42,373 nucleotides of DNA from Leptolyngbyaceae cyanobacterium (GTDB lineage: Bacteria; Cyanobacteriota; Cyanobacteriia; Phormidesmidales; Phormidesmidaceae), in NCBI GenBank assembly GCA_050331235.1, contig JBHJHA010000068.1, forward strand, positions 1-42,373. Direction: 5' to 3'. The position numbers and the translations under genes were made by a program. This document shows, piece by piece, positions 10,912 to 20,524 of the stretch (position 1 is its first letter; each line of letters opens with the position of its first letter). Under the pieces are notes generated by a model. The model saw only the letters and a program-made list of their open reading frames with translations, ran no database searches and was not told where the DNA came from.

Positions 10912-11718
10912 ATGAGCTTGGATTCTACCCCCATGAGTGTGGATGCTTTGCCCCCCGAAGCGGTTACTGACCTGCCGAGTAGTGAAACCGATCCAACTTT
11001 GCAAGTCCGATTTAAGACTCAAAATGGCAAGGTATTGTTGCTGCTACCCCCCGAGCCGCCCCAATCAACCTTGTCACCCTGGGAAGAAGTCTGGGAACAA
11101 CTCAAGCATCGCTTAGGCGCCGGTGAGCGATTTTGGCAACCACAAACCCCCGTATACGTCGTGGCCCGCGATCGCCTGCTTGATTCCCGTCAGCTGCAGG
11201 CCATTGCCGATGCCTTAGCGGCAGCCCAGTTACAGCTTAAGCGCGTCTATACCAGCCGCCGCCAGACCGCGATCGCCGCCGTCACAGCAGGATATTCAGT
11301 TGAGCAGCAGGTACCACCGACCCATCTCAATCAGTCTCCCCGGCAACCAGCCACCCCCCTAGACGACCCCCTCTACTTACAAAGCACCATTCGCTCCGGC
11401 ATGGAGATTCGCCATCGTGGGACAGTGGTGATTTTAGGCGATGTCAATCCGGGAGGCAGCCTGGTAGCAGAGGGCGACATTATCGTGTGGGGCCGCCTCA
11501 AGGGCTTGGCCCACGCAGGATCTCAGGGCAACCAAAGCTGCCGCATTATGGCACTAAAAATGGAGCCCACTCAGTTGCGTATTGCCGATAAGGTCGCCCG
11601 TCCCCCCGAGACTCCGCCCGTTGATCACATGCCAGAGGTGGCTTACATCGGTGATGGGGGCATTCGCATCGCCGCCGCCCAGGACTTTTCTCGGTGGCTG
11701 GCCGAACGCTCACCTTAG
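10912..11718 (+). CDS. minC: Septum site-determining protein MinC
   Basis: C-terminal beta-helix TIRSGMEI..GTVVILGDVNPGG..AEGDIIVWGRLKGLAHAG..PTQLRIAD...PEVAY. Confidence 0.95.
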   Translation: MSLDSTPMSVDALPPEAVTDLPSSETDPTLQVRFKTQNGKVLLLLPPEPPQSTLSPWEEVWEQLKHRLGAGERFWQPQTPVYVVARDRLLDSRQLQAIADALAAAQLQLKRVYTSRRQTAIAAVTAGYSVEQQVPPTHLNQSPRQPATPLDDPLYLQSTIRSGMEIRHRGTVVILGDVNPGGSLVAEGDIIVWGRLKGLAHAGSQGNQSCRIMALKMEPTQLRIADKVARPPETPPVDHMPEVAYIGDGGIRIAAAQDFSRWLAERSP

Positions 11719-11907
11719 GCGACTCACCGCCGTTGACGGAAGCGTCCATCAGCACTGAGCTGAGCTTAACTTAACGTAATCGCTAAAAAGTCTTAAGTGC
11801 CTATTAAGGTGTGTATTTTCGCACACATCTCACCCAGGTCTCTACTTTAGAATGGACCTATAGGAAAATCCTTTTTACAAATTTAAGAGCCCTGGGAGGT
11901 ACTACTC

Positions 11908-12105
11908 ATGCTGGTAGTTATGATGAAAGATCAACTCTTGTCTCCCAATGCAATTTGCAAAAACTGCTTGATGGCCAATCAACAGGGCGAACCTCGGTTT
12001 CACCAAGGTCGCTTAACCTGCGGTCGGTCTCTTAATTCGCTATCGGAAAATCAACCTCAACAGTATGAGTGCCAAATGGGCTTCAAAATTGCCCACATTA
12101 GTTGA
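11908..12105 (+). CDS. Small Cys-rich hypothetical protein (CxxC...C...C)
   Basis: 65 aa. GGAGG RBS at about 11894-11899. ICKNCLMA...LTCG...YECQMGF. Confidence 0.75.
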   Translation: MLVVMMKDQLLSPNAICKNCLMANQQGEPRFHQGRLTCGRSLNSLSENQPQQYECQMGFKIAHIS

Positions 12106-12225
12106 GCTGGACATGCGCAACCCCTAGAGATTGAGAGAAAGTCTTAAGACCGCTATAACCTCTCCTCATTTCTCCGTTAGCATAAGAGGGATTGGTTATT
12201 CATTCGCGGAGGCTTAGGGCACTCA

Positions 12226-12729
12226 ATGACTTGGCGAGGCACTACAACAGCTCAAGACCGTTTTTTCGCTTGCTTACCTTATTTGCTACCGCTGATTGAA
12301 GTTTGCTTGCTCGGCATGTCGTTTGCATTTAGGGCCGATATTGGTCTGTTTGCTCAGTTTCCTGCGCTCGGCCTGATTTTGGTCCCCCTAAGCCCCCTGA
12401 TTAGAATCTACACAGGCTTTCCGTTTGCTGGCCTGATCGTCTTTATCCTGCTGTTGACTTTGGTGGTGCGCAATACTAACATCAGCCACTTCATCCGGTT
12501 CAATACGATGCAAGCGATTTTGCTAGACATCCTACTCATCCTAGGACAAATCATTCTCGACATGGTGTTAGTACCAGCACTGGGCACGGGCTTGTTTGTT
12601 GACACAATTCTTAACGTCGTTCTTTTAGGTATTTTGGGGGCCGTTATTTATTCCGTCGTGCAGACCATTCGCGGGCAGTATGCAGAGATTCCCACCCTGT
12701 CCGAAGCGGTATACATGCAAGTGCGCTGA
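12226..12729 (+). CDS. Tic20/Ycf60 family membrane protein
   Basis: MTWRG..DRFFACLPYLLPL, VVRNTNISHFIRFNTMQAILLDI, GQYAEIPTLSEAVYMQVR. Confidence 0.9.
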   Translation: MTWRGTTTAQDRFFACLPYLLPLIEVCLLGMSFAFRADIGLFAQFPALGLILVPLSPLIRIYTGFPFAGLIVFILLLTLVVRNTNISHFIRFNTMQAILLDILLILGQIILDMVLVPALGTGLFVDTILNVVLLGILGAVIYSVVQTIRGQYAEIPTLSEAVYMQVR

Positions 12730-12770
12730 TATCTAAGGCCACGTCCTAACCCTTAAAGTATCGAGTCATC

Positions 12771-12801
12771 GCCGGTTTCTGTTGATCAAGAGCCGGCTTT
12801 T
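12771..12801 (+). terminator. Intrinsic terminator after Tic20-family gene
   Basis: GCCGGTTTCT...AAGAGCCGGC stem followed by TTTT. Confidence 0.55.
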
Positions 12802-12909
12802 GCATGGCCTCCTACGGGAAGCAGCGATCGCGCAGTCCTGAGCCCCAACATCGCAGCCAGCCTGGATTTACTCACCTCTGACAGAACCGCGAGCAGACAC
12901 GCATCTACG

Positions 12910-13764
12910 CTACCAGTCTTGAGAGCCCATGGACTCCATCGAGACATCTAAGGAGTCCATAGAATCCATCGCTAGGAGTTGTGAAGGGACCGGGCGAGCC
13001 TGCACGGTATTTTCCAGGGAGCCGATGCCCTCAATTTCCACCCTTACGCGATCCCCGATCGCTAAGGGGCCAACGCCGACGGGGGTGCCCGTGAGCACAA
13101 TATCTCCCGGCAATAGAGTCATGATGCGACTGATGTAGGCTACTAGCGCTTCCGGCTGAAAGACCATATCGCTGATTTCAGCGGCTTGGACCGGCTGTGA
13201 ACTTTCGTTCAAAAAGGTTTGGAGCTTGGCTTCTGGGTTAAGTTCTCGCACAATCCAAGGCCCGAGGGGGCAAAAAGTATCAAACCCCTTTGCCCGAGTC
13301 CATTGGCGATCACGGGCCTGCAAATCTCGCGCCGTGACATCATTAGCAATGGTATAGCCCCAAATTTTGTCCTGGGCCATCTCTTCATTGCAGTCCAAGC
13401 AGCGATCACCAATTACCAGCGCCAACTCGCCTTCAAAGTCCACTCGCTGCGACTGCGACGGATAGAGAATAGGCGACTCAGTTGCAATCACGGTAGTAGA
13501 CGGTTTGATGAATAAGAGCGGTTCTGTCGGTAAGTCACCCCCCATCTCGGCAGCATGTTTAGCATAGTTTTTGCCCACAGCAATAATCTTTGAGGGAGCA
13601 CAGGGCGCTAGCAGGCGATAACTATCGACCTCAAGGACGGTTTCAGTGACCTCCCCTTGGAGCCAAGGCGGCGCATCCAGCACGTGTACACTGCGATCAG
13701 ACTGAAGCAAGCCATAGTGGAGAGGACCTGCCTGCGATTGAACTCGAACGTACCGTTGCGCCAT
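12910..13764 (-). CDS. Fumarylacetoacetate hydrolase family protein
   Basis: [62 protein letters not shown]. Likely start ATG 13764. Confidence 0.93.
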   Translation of the reverse strand: MAQRYVRVQSQAGPLHYGLLQSDRSVHVLDAPPWLQGEVTETVLEVDSYRLLAPCAPSKIIAVGKNYAKHAAEMGGDLPTEPLLFIKPSTTVIATESPILYPSQSQRVDFEGELALVIGDRCLDCNEEMAQDKIWGYTIANDVTARDLQARDRQWTRAKGFDTFCPLGPWIVRELNPEAKLQTFLNESSQPVQAAEISDMVFQPEALVAYISRIMTLLPGDIVLTGTPVGVGPLAIGDRVRVEIEGIGSLENTVQARPVPSQLLAMDSMDSLDVSMESMGSQDW

Positions 13765-13780
13765 GGATTCCTTCAAATAC

Positions 13781-13789
13781 TGGTATGAT
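13781..13789 (+). promoter_or_regulatory. Extended -10 promoter element of rpsF
   Basis: TGgTATGAT lies about 6-7 nt upstream of the 5' end of the predicted leader structure. Confidence 0.55.
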
Positions 13790-13795
13790 TGTAAA

Positions 13796-13888
13796 TCCTT
13801 GCCTTTTCGCCGGTTGCCCAGCAATTCCCTGCATCAGCAAGTTACCTGAGGCCATTTATACCGGGAAAGGCCATTTGTCCACAAGGAG
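13796..13888 (+). ncRNA. rpsF 5' leader, S6:S18-binding autoregulatory RNA type
   Basis: TCCTTG (13796-13801) pairs with CAAGGA (13882-13887, overlapping the SD). GCCTTT pairs with AAAGGC, which is followed by the CCR motif (GGCCA). Inner CCGGT/ACCGG stem. Confidence 0.7.
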
Positions 13889-13895
13889 CACCGTC

Positions 13896-14273
13896 ATGAA
13901 AAACTTGATGTACGAAACGATGTACATCCTGCGACCAGATATTCAAGAAGAGGTCGTAGATGCTGAAATCGCCCGCTATCAGGAAATTCTCCAGGAGCAG
14001 GGGGCAACTATTTTAGAGACGCAACATCGTGGCAAGCGTCGCCTAGCCTATGAAATTCAAAGGCATCGGGAAGGTATTTACATCCAGATGAACTACCAAG
14101 GACCTGGGCACGTAGTCGCCCCAATGGAGCGAGCCATGCGCCTGAGCGAAAATGTCATTCGCTATCTAACGCTTAAGCAAGAGCTGACGGAAGATTTCGC
14201 CGAAGGCGATGATATGCCCGCAGCACAAGCGGAGGGAGTTTCTTCCTCAGCGCCTCCTCCGGGAGCAGCGTAG
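13896..14273 (+). CDS. rpsF: 30S ribosomal protein S6
   Basis: [48 protein letters not shown] before ATG 13896. Confidence 0.97.
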   Translation: MKNLMYETMYILRPDIQEEVVDAEIARYQEILQEQGATILETQHRGKRRLAYEIQRHREGIYIQMNYQGPGHVVAPMERAMRLSENVIRYLTLKQELTEDFAEGDDMPAAQAEGVSSSAPPPGAA

Positions 14274-14304
14274 CGGTCAGCGATCGCCCGTTTAATCAAT
14301 TGCG

Positions 14305-14358
14305 ACCCGCGCTATGACTGGTCAACTTTGACTCCAGGCATAGTGCGGGTTGGTTTTT
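14305..14358 (+). terminator. Long hairpin terminator downstream of rpsF
   Basis: ACCCGCGCTATG.CTGG...CCAGGCATAGTGCGGGT stem followed by TGGTTTTT. Confidence 0.65.
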
Positions 14359-14722
14359 ATGGCTTCCCCCCTGATTCAACCCTCGTTCATGGATTGAGTT
14401 AGCCTAGGGAATCGATATTCGACACGTCATGGGTCATCCGGACGGCTTGGGGGTAGCTAGCCAAAGCATTCCATCAACCTCCTCCATGAGTTGATTTATG
14501 TAAACGCGTCGCATTTCTGAGATCCGGTGTTAAAGTATCAGCAAAACAGTCCCCAATGGCTATTTTGCGGCGTTTAGAGGCAAGTATTCTGAGCTTGTAG
14601 GCACTGAAAACGTCGGCATAGCATCAGCAGGTTATTGGCTAGCGGGACAATCAGGTGCACAGACTGCGAGTAGAGCGTTTTTTAGAAATTTTGTGATAAG
14701 GGTTAGCGGTGTGACACAAGCA

Positions 14723-15256
14723 ATGAATTCCTCTTACTCCACTCATCAGGCTGAAGTGGCTCGTCTCAAGGAAGAGTTGCAGATGCGTGATGAGCTTGTG
14801 CAGCAACTCTCGCGTGAGTTGTTTCGCCTGGTCAAAGGCAATGCGGGCGTGATGCCAGCGACGACCGAATCTTCAGAACAACAGCAGGCGGAAATCCGGG
14901 CCTTGCGCGAGCAACTACAAGGGGTCGAGCAGCAGGTAACGTTCTATCAAGGACAGCTCGAAGAGCGCAACACCGAAGCGGTCCAGCTACGACAGTCGGT
15001 CCAAGAGTTGACCGATCGCACGCGCATGCTAGAGCAAGTTGTGCAGGAACTACCTAAGGTTTATCGGCAAAAGTTTGAAGATCGAATGACGACGGTCCGC
15101 GAAAAGGTTAAACAGCTACAGGGAGAAAATCACCGCTTGCAAGCTGAGTTACAGAGTGTCAGCTATCGTCTAGCAGTTCGAACTCGGCGATCGCAAGAGC
15201 TAGATTTACCTAGCTTCGCCGGTGGCGGTGTCAGCCTACCCGGATTCTCTAGCTAA
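14723..15256 (+). CDS. Cyanobacterial coiled-coil protein (Npun_F5560-family-like)
   Basis: ELQMRDELVQQLSRELFRLVKGN and QELTDRTRMLEQVVQELPKVYRQKF. Family name is from recall. Start could also be GTG 14693 or 14711. Confidence 0.7.
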   Translation: MNSSYSTHQAEVARLKEELQMRDELVQQLSRELFRLVKGNAGVMPATTESSEQQQAEIRALREQLQGVEQQVTFYQGQLEERNTEAVQLRQSVQELTDRTRMLEQVVQELPKVYRQKFEDRMTTVREKVKQLQGENHRLQAELQSVSYRLAVRTRRSQELDLPSFAGGGVSLPGFSS

Positions 15257-15303
15257 GCGACCGGCAAAGCCAAGCGGTACCCTTCAGCCTCATCTAAGTC
15301 TGA

Positions 15304-16131
15304 TCAAGATAACGGCTCGATATGTCCCATATAGACGAGGGCAGCGTAAATCAAGGCGGCAACCTCGGCCCGCGTAGCCGGGGCGTTAGGACGTAAACGT
15401 CTATCGGTTTCAGGATTTGGGCTAATAATGTTGGCTTGCATTGCGGCCGCGACCTTTTTACGGGCCCAGGGGGCGATCGCTTCCCAGTCTTGAAACGCTT
15501 GCAAACGCTGCTGCGAGGTGGTCGTCTCTGGCAATGACAAACCGGCTGCTAAAGCCGCCAATACTTCTAAACGGGTTACCGTTTGATCAGGGCGAAAGTC
15601 TCCTTCCGGATAGCCTGACATAAACCCAGTCATCGTAGATTGCTGAATCGTCTCTTCAGCCCAGTAATCCGGTGGGACGTCACTGAATGATTTGGCCTGA
15701 TTTTTGGCGGCGATGTCAAAGGCTTGGGCAACCTGGACAGCTAGTTCGGCCCGGGTGAGTGGCCGGTTGGGGGCAAAGGAACCGTCGGGCAATCCGTTCA
15801 GCACGCCCCTAGCGGTCAATGCATTCAAGTAAGGTTGGGCCCAAAAGTCATCAGGCACATCGGTAAAGCTCAGGGGAGGGCGTACTGGCGTGAGGTGGCT
15901 AGGACTCGCACTATCTGGCACTTGAGGCTCAGGAACGACCAAAGAATCGGCCTGCGGCTCACGACTCCTAAGTGCGGATTGGGCCCCATTATTTAGTTGC
16001 GGCAGGGCAAGCTGACCATTAGCCAAAGGGGGAAAGCCATCAACGCCCAGCCATCCAGCCATGCCCCCTAAAACCCCTACCGCAACCAGGGGCACTATCC
16101 AATTATCTTGAGCACGGGGGAGAAGCGGCAT
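15304..16131 (-). CDS. S-layer homology (SLH) domain protein with N-terminal membrane anchor
   Basis: Three SLH repeats (FTDVPDDFWA..GLPDGSFAPNRPLTRAE; FSDVPPDYWA..GYPEGDFRPDQTVTRLE; FQDWEAIAPWA..LRPNAPATRAE). Likely start ATG 16131. Confidence 0.88.
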   Translation of the reverse strand: MPLLPRAQDNWIVPLVAVGVLGGMAGWLGVDGFPPLANGQLALPQLNNGAQSALRSREPQADSLVVPEPQVPDSASPSHLTPVRPPLSFTDVPDDFWAQPYLNALTARGVLNGLPDGSFAPNRPLTRAELAVQVAQAFDIAAKNQAKSFSDVPPDYWAEETIQQSTMTGFMSGYPEGDFRPDQTVTRLEVLAALAAGLSLPETTTSQQRLQAFQDWEAIAPWARKKVAAAMQANIISPNPETDRRLRPNAPATRAEVAALIYAALVYMGHIEPLS

Positions 16132-16312
16132 GGCAGTTGGCTCAACTGTAAACCGGCAATTTATATAACGAATCTCCGGTATGGAATGCAAAATTTTGCA
16201 GAACTTCTTCGGATTTTGTAAGTATTTGACTGACAAAAGTGGGCGTGATCGGTTAAAAGAATTTAATGTTCCCTTTTTGTAGATGTCGTTTGTTGGTTGC
16301 GTCAAAACTCCT

Positions 16313-17032
16313 ATGAACAAGTTTGCCTTCATTGGTTCAGCCTCTCTGCTGAGCCTGGTGGTAGCAGGTGTGGCCACAAGCCGTCATTCCACCGCCACTT
16401 ATTTGCCCGATGAGGCTGCTCTTTCGAGTAGCTGGGTCGCTACGGAGCAGACTCCAATTCAGAATACGTTGTTTCAGCAGCTATTTGCAGCGGCGGAATC
16501 GCTCACCGTACTACCACAGATGAAACGGGCTATCGCCACTAGCAATCCCGAAATTGTGCCCGCAGAAACCGTTTTTACGGACTCAGAGGTACGTCTCACT
16601 GGGGTCGGTCCTCTGCGGATTGGCATGACTTTAGAGGAAGCGACCGATGCCCTGGGGTTGCCACTGCTCCCCATTGGCAGCAACTTGGGCGGTGACTGTG
16701 CCTACTATCAGCCTGACTCCGTCTCTCAAGCACTGGGCCTTATGGTCGTCGACAACCGAGTTATTCGCGTCGATGTTTGGCCGGGCAGTTCTCTCAAGAC
16801 GGTCAGCGGGGCCAAAATTGGCACCACCGAGTCAGAGCTAGAGGAACTCTATCCAGAACAGATTGAAGCTCTGCCTAATCCATACACCCAAGGTCAGGTG
16901 CTCACGCTGACACCGACCGATCCCGAGCTAGCACTCTATCGCTTGGTCTTTGAGACCGACTCCACCGGTAAGGTGGTCCAGTTTCGAGCGTGTCAGTTTC
17001 CGGCAGTCACTTGGCCCGATGGCTGTGCGTAA
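16313..17032 (+). CDS. Exported hypothetical protein
   Basis: Signal-like N-terminus MNKFAFIGSASLLSLVVAGVA. GVGPLRIGMT and GAKIGTT repeats. C-terminal GC and a likely disulfide. Confidence 0.7.
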   Translation: MNKFAFIGSASLLSLVVAGVATSRHSTATYLPDEAALSSSWVATEQTPIQNTLFQQLFAAAESLTVLPQMKRAIATSNPEIVPAETVFTDSEVRLTGVGPLRIGMTLEEATDALGLPLLPIGSNLGGDCAYYQPDSVSQALGLMVVDNRVIRVDVWPGSSLKTVSGAKIGTTESELEELYPEQIEALPNPYTQGQVLTLTPTDPELALYRLVFETDSTGKVVQFRACQFPAVTWPDGCA

Positions 17033-17068
17033 GCGCTAGATTGTGAGGGACATGCTTAGGTATTGCTC

Positions 17069-19128
17069 ATGCCCAACCGTCTTGCTAACGCTCAGAGCCT
17101 TTACTTGCGTAAGCATGCCCATAATCCGGTTGACTGGTGGCCGTGGTGTGAGGAAGCTCTAGAAACTGCGCTGCGCGAGCGTAAACCTATCTTTTTGTCC
17201 ATTGGCTACTCGAGCTGCCACTGGTGCACTGTGATGGAAGGGGAGGCGTTTTCGGATACAGCGATCGCTAATTATCTCAATGCCCATTTTCTCCCTATTA
17301 AAGTTGACCTCGTGAAGGACGCCCTGACATCGACAGTTTGTACATGCAGGCGCTGCAGATGATGGTAGGACAGGGGGGCTGGCCGCTGAACATATTTTTT
17401 CCCCTGACGATTTAGTACCGTTCTACGGGGGCACCTACTTTCCAATCGAGGCCCAATATGGCCGTCCAGGATTTCTGCAAGTCTTACAGGCGTTGCGGCA
17501 ATATTTTGAAACGGACACCGAGAAAGTCAGCGCCGTGAAGGCAGAAATTCTCAGTAATTTGCAAAAGTCTGCCAAACTGCCAGCCGGGGGAGACCTGAGT
17601 CAAGATGTTTTAGAGCGGGGCTATGGTCTCTGCGCCCAGGTGTTAGCGCCCAGGACAACAGCAATCGGTTTCCGATGATTCCCCATGCCTTAGTGGCACT
17701 GTGAGGGGGTAAGTTCCACATTGTGGGAGAAACTCAACCGGGCAGCCTGGCAGTATGCAAACAACGGGGCCTCGATCTGACTTTGGGAGGGATTTTTGAT
17801 CATGTGGCCGGCGGGTTTTATCGCTACACCGTAGACTCGACTTGGACGGTCCGCACTTCGAAAAGATGCTGTATGACAATGGCCAGATCATGGAGTATCT
17901 GGCAGAACTCTGGAGTCTCGGCGTCCAAGAGCCGGCCATCAAGCGGGCGATCGCCTTGACCAAGGGGTGGCGACAGCGGGAAATGACGGCCCCGGCTGGC
18001 TACTTTTATGCCGCTCAGGATGCTGACAGCTTTTCGTCCTCCCAGCATATCGAACCGGAGGAAGGGGCCTTCTATATCTGGTCCCATGGGGAACTCCAAA
18101 GCCTCCTGTCTGAAGACGCGCTGGGCAGCTTAGCGGCAGCCTTCACGGTTTCAGTGGTCAGAAATTTTGACGGGCATAATGTTTTGCAGCGTCGCTACCC
18201 CGGACCGCTCGGTGAGTCTAGTGAACAGGCATTGGCGACTCTATTTGAGGCCCGTTATGGCAAACCAGCAGCAGCGCTGACTACATTTCCCGCCGCGGAA
18301 GATAACCAAGCCGCCAAAATGGTGCCTTGGCCTGGGCGGATTCCAGCTGTGACCGATACGAAGATGATTGTCGCCTGAAACAGCTTGATGATTTCTGGTT
18401 TGGCTCGAGTAGCGGCAGTCTTTGGCGATCGCGAAGCCTACGAGATTGCCACCCAAGCAATGGCTTATATTCTAAAAAATCAGTGGGTCCAGGAGCGGCT
18501 CCATCGGTTAAATTATGCCGGTCAGCCCTCTGTATTGGCTTAGTCAGAGGACTATGCCCTGTTGGTCAAAGCCCTGCTGGATCGGCATCAGGCCAAATGG
18601 CAGTGGCCCGACCAGAAAAATGATCATGACTGGCTGCCCGCTGCGATCGCAGTCCAGGCTGAGTTTGACTAGTGGCTCTGGAGCGGTGAACTGGGAGGGT
18701 ACTACAACGCCGCCTCAGATGCCAGCGACCAACTCCTTGTGCGGGAGCGCACCTACCAAGACAGTGCGGTCCCAGCGGCCAATGGCATTGCGATCGCCAA
18801 TCTGGTCAAACTAGCACTCCTGACGACTGACCTCACCTATCTCGATAAAGCGGAAGCCAGCCTTCAGGCCTTTGGCACGGTGATGGCTCAGATTCCCCGA
18901 GCGTGTCCTTTATTGCTCACAGCACTCGATTGGTTTCGCCATGCTACCCTCGTCAGGCTACCGCCCGACAAAATCGCCAGCTTCCTGACCCAATACACCC
19001 CTATAGCCCTCTTTTAAGCCGACCACGACCTACCGACTGAGGCCATGGGTTTGGTGTGTGAGGGTCTCTTTTGCGAAGCCCCAGCAACGGACTGGGCCAT
19101 GTTGCGATCGCAATTAGAAACCAGTTAG
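17069..19128 (+). pseudogene. Thioredoxin-domain/(alpha/alpha)6 YyaL/SSP411 (DUF255) family pseudogene
   Basis: Family motifs ([86 protein letters not shown]) are spread across frames. About 4 frameshifts (near 17309, 17397, 17660, 17850) and in-frame stops at 17702, 18376, 18541, 18670 and 19015. Confidence 0.92.
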
Positions 19129-19209
19129 CAACGACTAAGCTAGGTAAGCTTGCCCTTGTGACGATATCTTGGAAGTGGAGGACAGAAATAACCCGGTTAT
19201 TGTTTGCCC

Positions 19210-19998
19210 ATGGCTCCCCACTTAGCCAGAATTGATCTTTATCCCATTAAGTCCCTGGACGGGATGGCGGTCACGACCGCTGCGGTGCTTCAAAGTGGCG
19301 CCTTGCAGCATGATCGTGCCTTTGCCTTATTCGATCATACTGGCCGGTTTGTTAACGGCAAGCGGTTTGCCCAAATCCATCAGGTGCGATCGCTCCTCTC
19401 CCCGAATCTCAGCCAAATTACGGTATGGGTTGACCATCAGTCCGCAACTCGTTCCACGTTTCTTCTCCTAGAGGAACAAGCTCAGTTCGAAGCTTGGTGC
19501 AGCGATCACTTCCAACAGCCTGTTACCCTCCGGCATAATTTGGCGATGGGCTTTCCTGACGATACAGACTCTCCTGGTCCTACGGTCGTTAGCACCGCCA
19601 CCCTGCAAACCATAGCTGACTGGTATGGGCTTGACCTCGCGGAAACCCGCCGCCGCTTTCGGAGTAATTTGGAAATCGATGGCGTACCCGCATTTTGGGA
19701 AGACCAATTATTTTCTAGCTCAGGTGACCCCGTCCCCTTCCAGATCGGTCAGGTCACGTTTTGGGGCATCAATCCCTGTCAGCGGTGTGTGGTTCCCACG
19801 CGCGATGCTCACACCGGGTCTCCCACAGCCGGCTTTCAAACAACCTTTGTACAGCGGCGAGCAGCCACTCTGCCGCCCACCGTGGCGCGATCGCGATTCA
19901 ACCACTTTTATCGCCTTGCCGTTAACACTCAACTGGCACCCAATTCAAAGCTGACTCCGGTATGCGTTGGCGATTCAGTGACCGTATTAACCCGTTGA
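19210..19998 (+). CDS. MOSC domain protein (MOSC_N + MOSC)
   Basis: IDLYPIKSLDG, HDRAFAL, GFPDD, RRFRSNLEIDG, WED, PCQRCVVPTRD. Confidence 0.9.
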   Translation: MAPHLARIDLYPIKSLDGMAVTTAAVLQSGALQHDRAFALFDHTGRFVNGKRFAQIHQVRSLLSPNLSQITVWVDHQSATRSTFLLLEEQAQFEAWCSDHFQQPVTLRHNLAMGFPDDTDSPGPTVVSTATLQTIADWYGLDLAETRRRFRSNLEIDGVPAFWEDQLFSSSGDPVPFQIGQVTFWGINPCQRCVVPTRDAHTGSPTAGFQTTFVQRRAATLPPTVARSRFNHFYRLAVNTQLAPNSKLTPVCVGDSVTVLTR

Positions 19999-20044
19999 TA
20001 TACCCCATTGACCTTTCAATCAGCTCCTGGAGTCGATTCCCCCG

Positions 20045-20524
20045 ATGCTACAAGAGATTTACAAATATGTACCGATCACAGATACCCTCGCGACAGCTGG
20101 ACAGCCTACCGAGTCTCAATTTGCCGATATCAAGCAGGCTGGATTTCAGGTAGTGATCAATCTGGCTCTTCCCACATCGACGAATGCATTGCCCGACGAA
20201 CGGACCGTCGTTGCAGGTCAAGGGATGCGCTATTATCCAATTCCGGTGATTTGGGAGCAGCCAACTTTAGCAGACTTTCAGCAGTTTCAAGCGGTTCTAG
20301 CAGAGCACGCCGGGCAAAAAGTCTTCGTTCACTGCGCCATGAATATGCGTGTATCCGCCTTTGTCTACCTTCATCGGCGACTGCAGGGTGTACCACGGGC
20401 GGAGGCCGAGCCCGCCATGGCGCGAATTTGGCAACCTAACAACATCTGGCAAACATTCATCGACGAAATGCTAGAGCCAGACTCCGTGCCAACTCCGTCA
20501 GCATCCGAGGCCGCTCAGGACTGA
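20045..20524 (+). CDS. Protein-tyrosine-phosphatase-like (DUF442-type) protein
   Basis: ATAGQPT, AGFQVVINL, YYPIPV and an HCAMNMRVS (CX5R-like) loop. Confidence 0.82.
   Translation: MLQEIYKYVPITDTLATAGQPTESQFADIKQAGFQVVINLALPTSTNALPDERTVVAGQGMRYYPIPVIWEQPTLADFQQFQAVLAEHAGQKVFVHCAMNMRVSAFVYLHRRLQGVPRAEAEPAMARIWQPNNIWQTFIDEMLEPDSVPTPSASEAAQD

Noticed and set aside
11787..12150. AAAGTCTTAAG repeated upstream of two consecutive genes (11787, 12138)
   Set aside because: Only two 11-bp copies, at different distances from the starts. Not enough to call a regulatory motif.
13765..13895. Apparent overlap of the FAH (to 13824) and rpsF (from 13785) ORFs
   Set aside because: Family-like sequence begins at ATG 13764 and ATG 13896. 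The extensions cover the promoter and leader.
16132..16377. Head-to-head overlap of the SLH ORF and the 16283 ORF
   Set aside because: The extensions translate AT-rich promoter DNA. Signal/anchor sequences begin at 16131 and 16313.
17069..19128. Stop-codon readthrough, selenocysteine or programmed frameshifting rescuing the YyaL-like gene
   Set aside because: The lesions include TGA, TAG and TAA plus several unrelated indels. No single recoding mechanism explains them, and other genes use the standard code.
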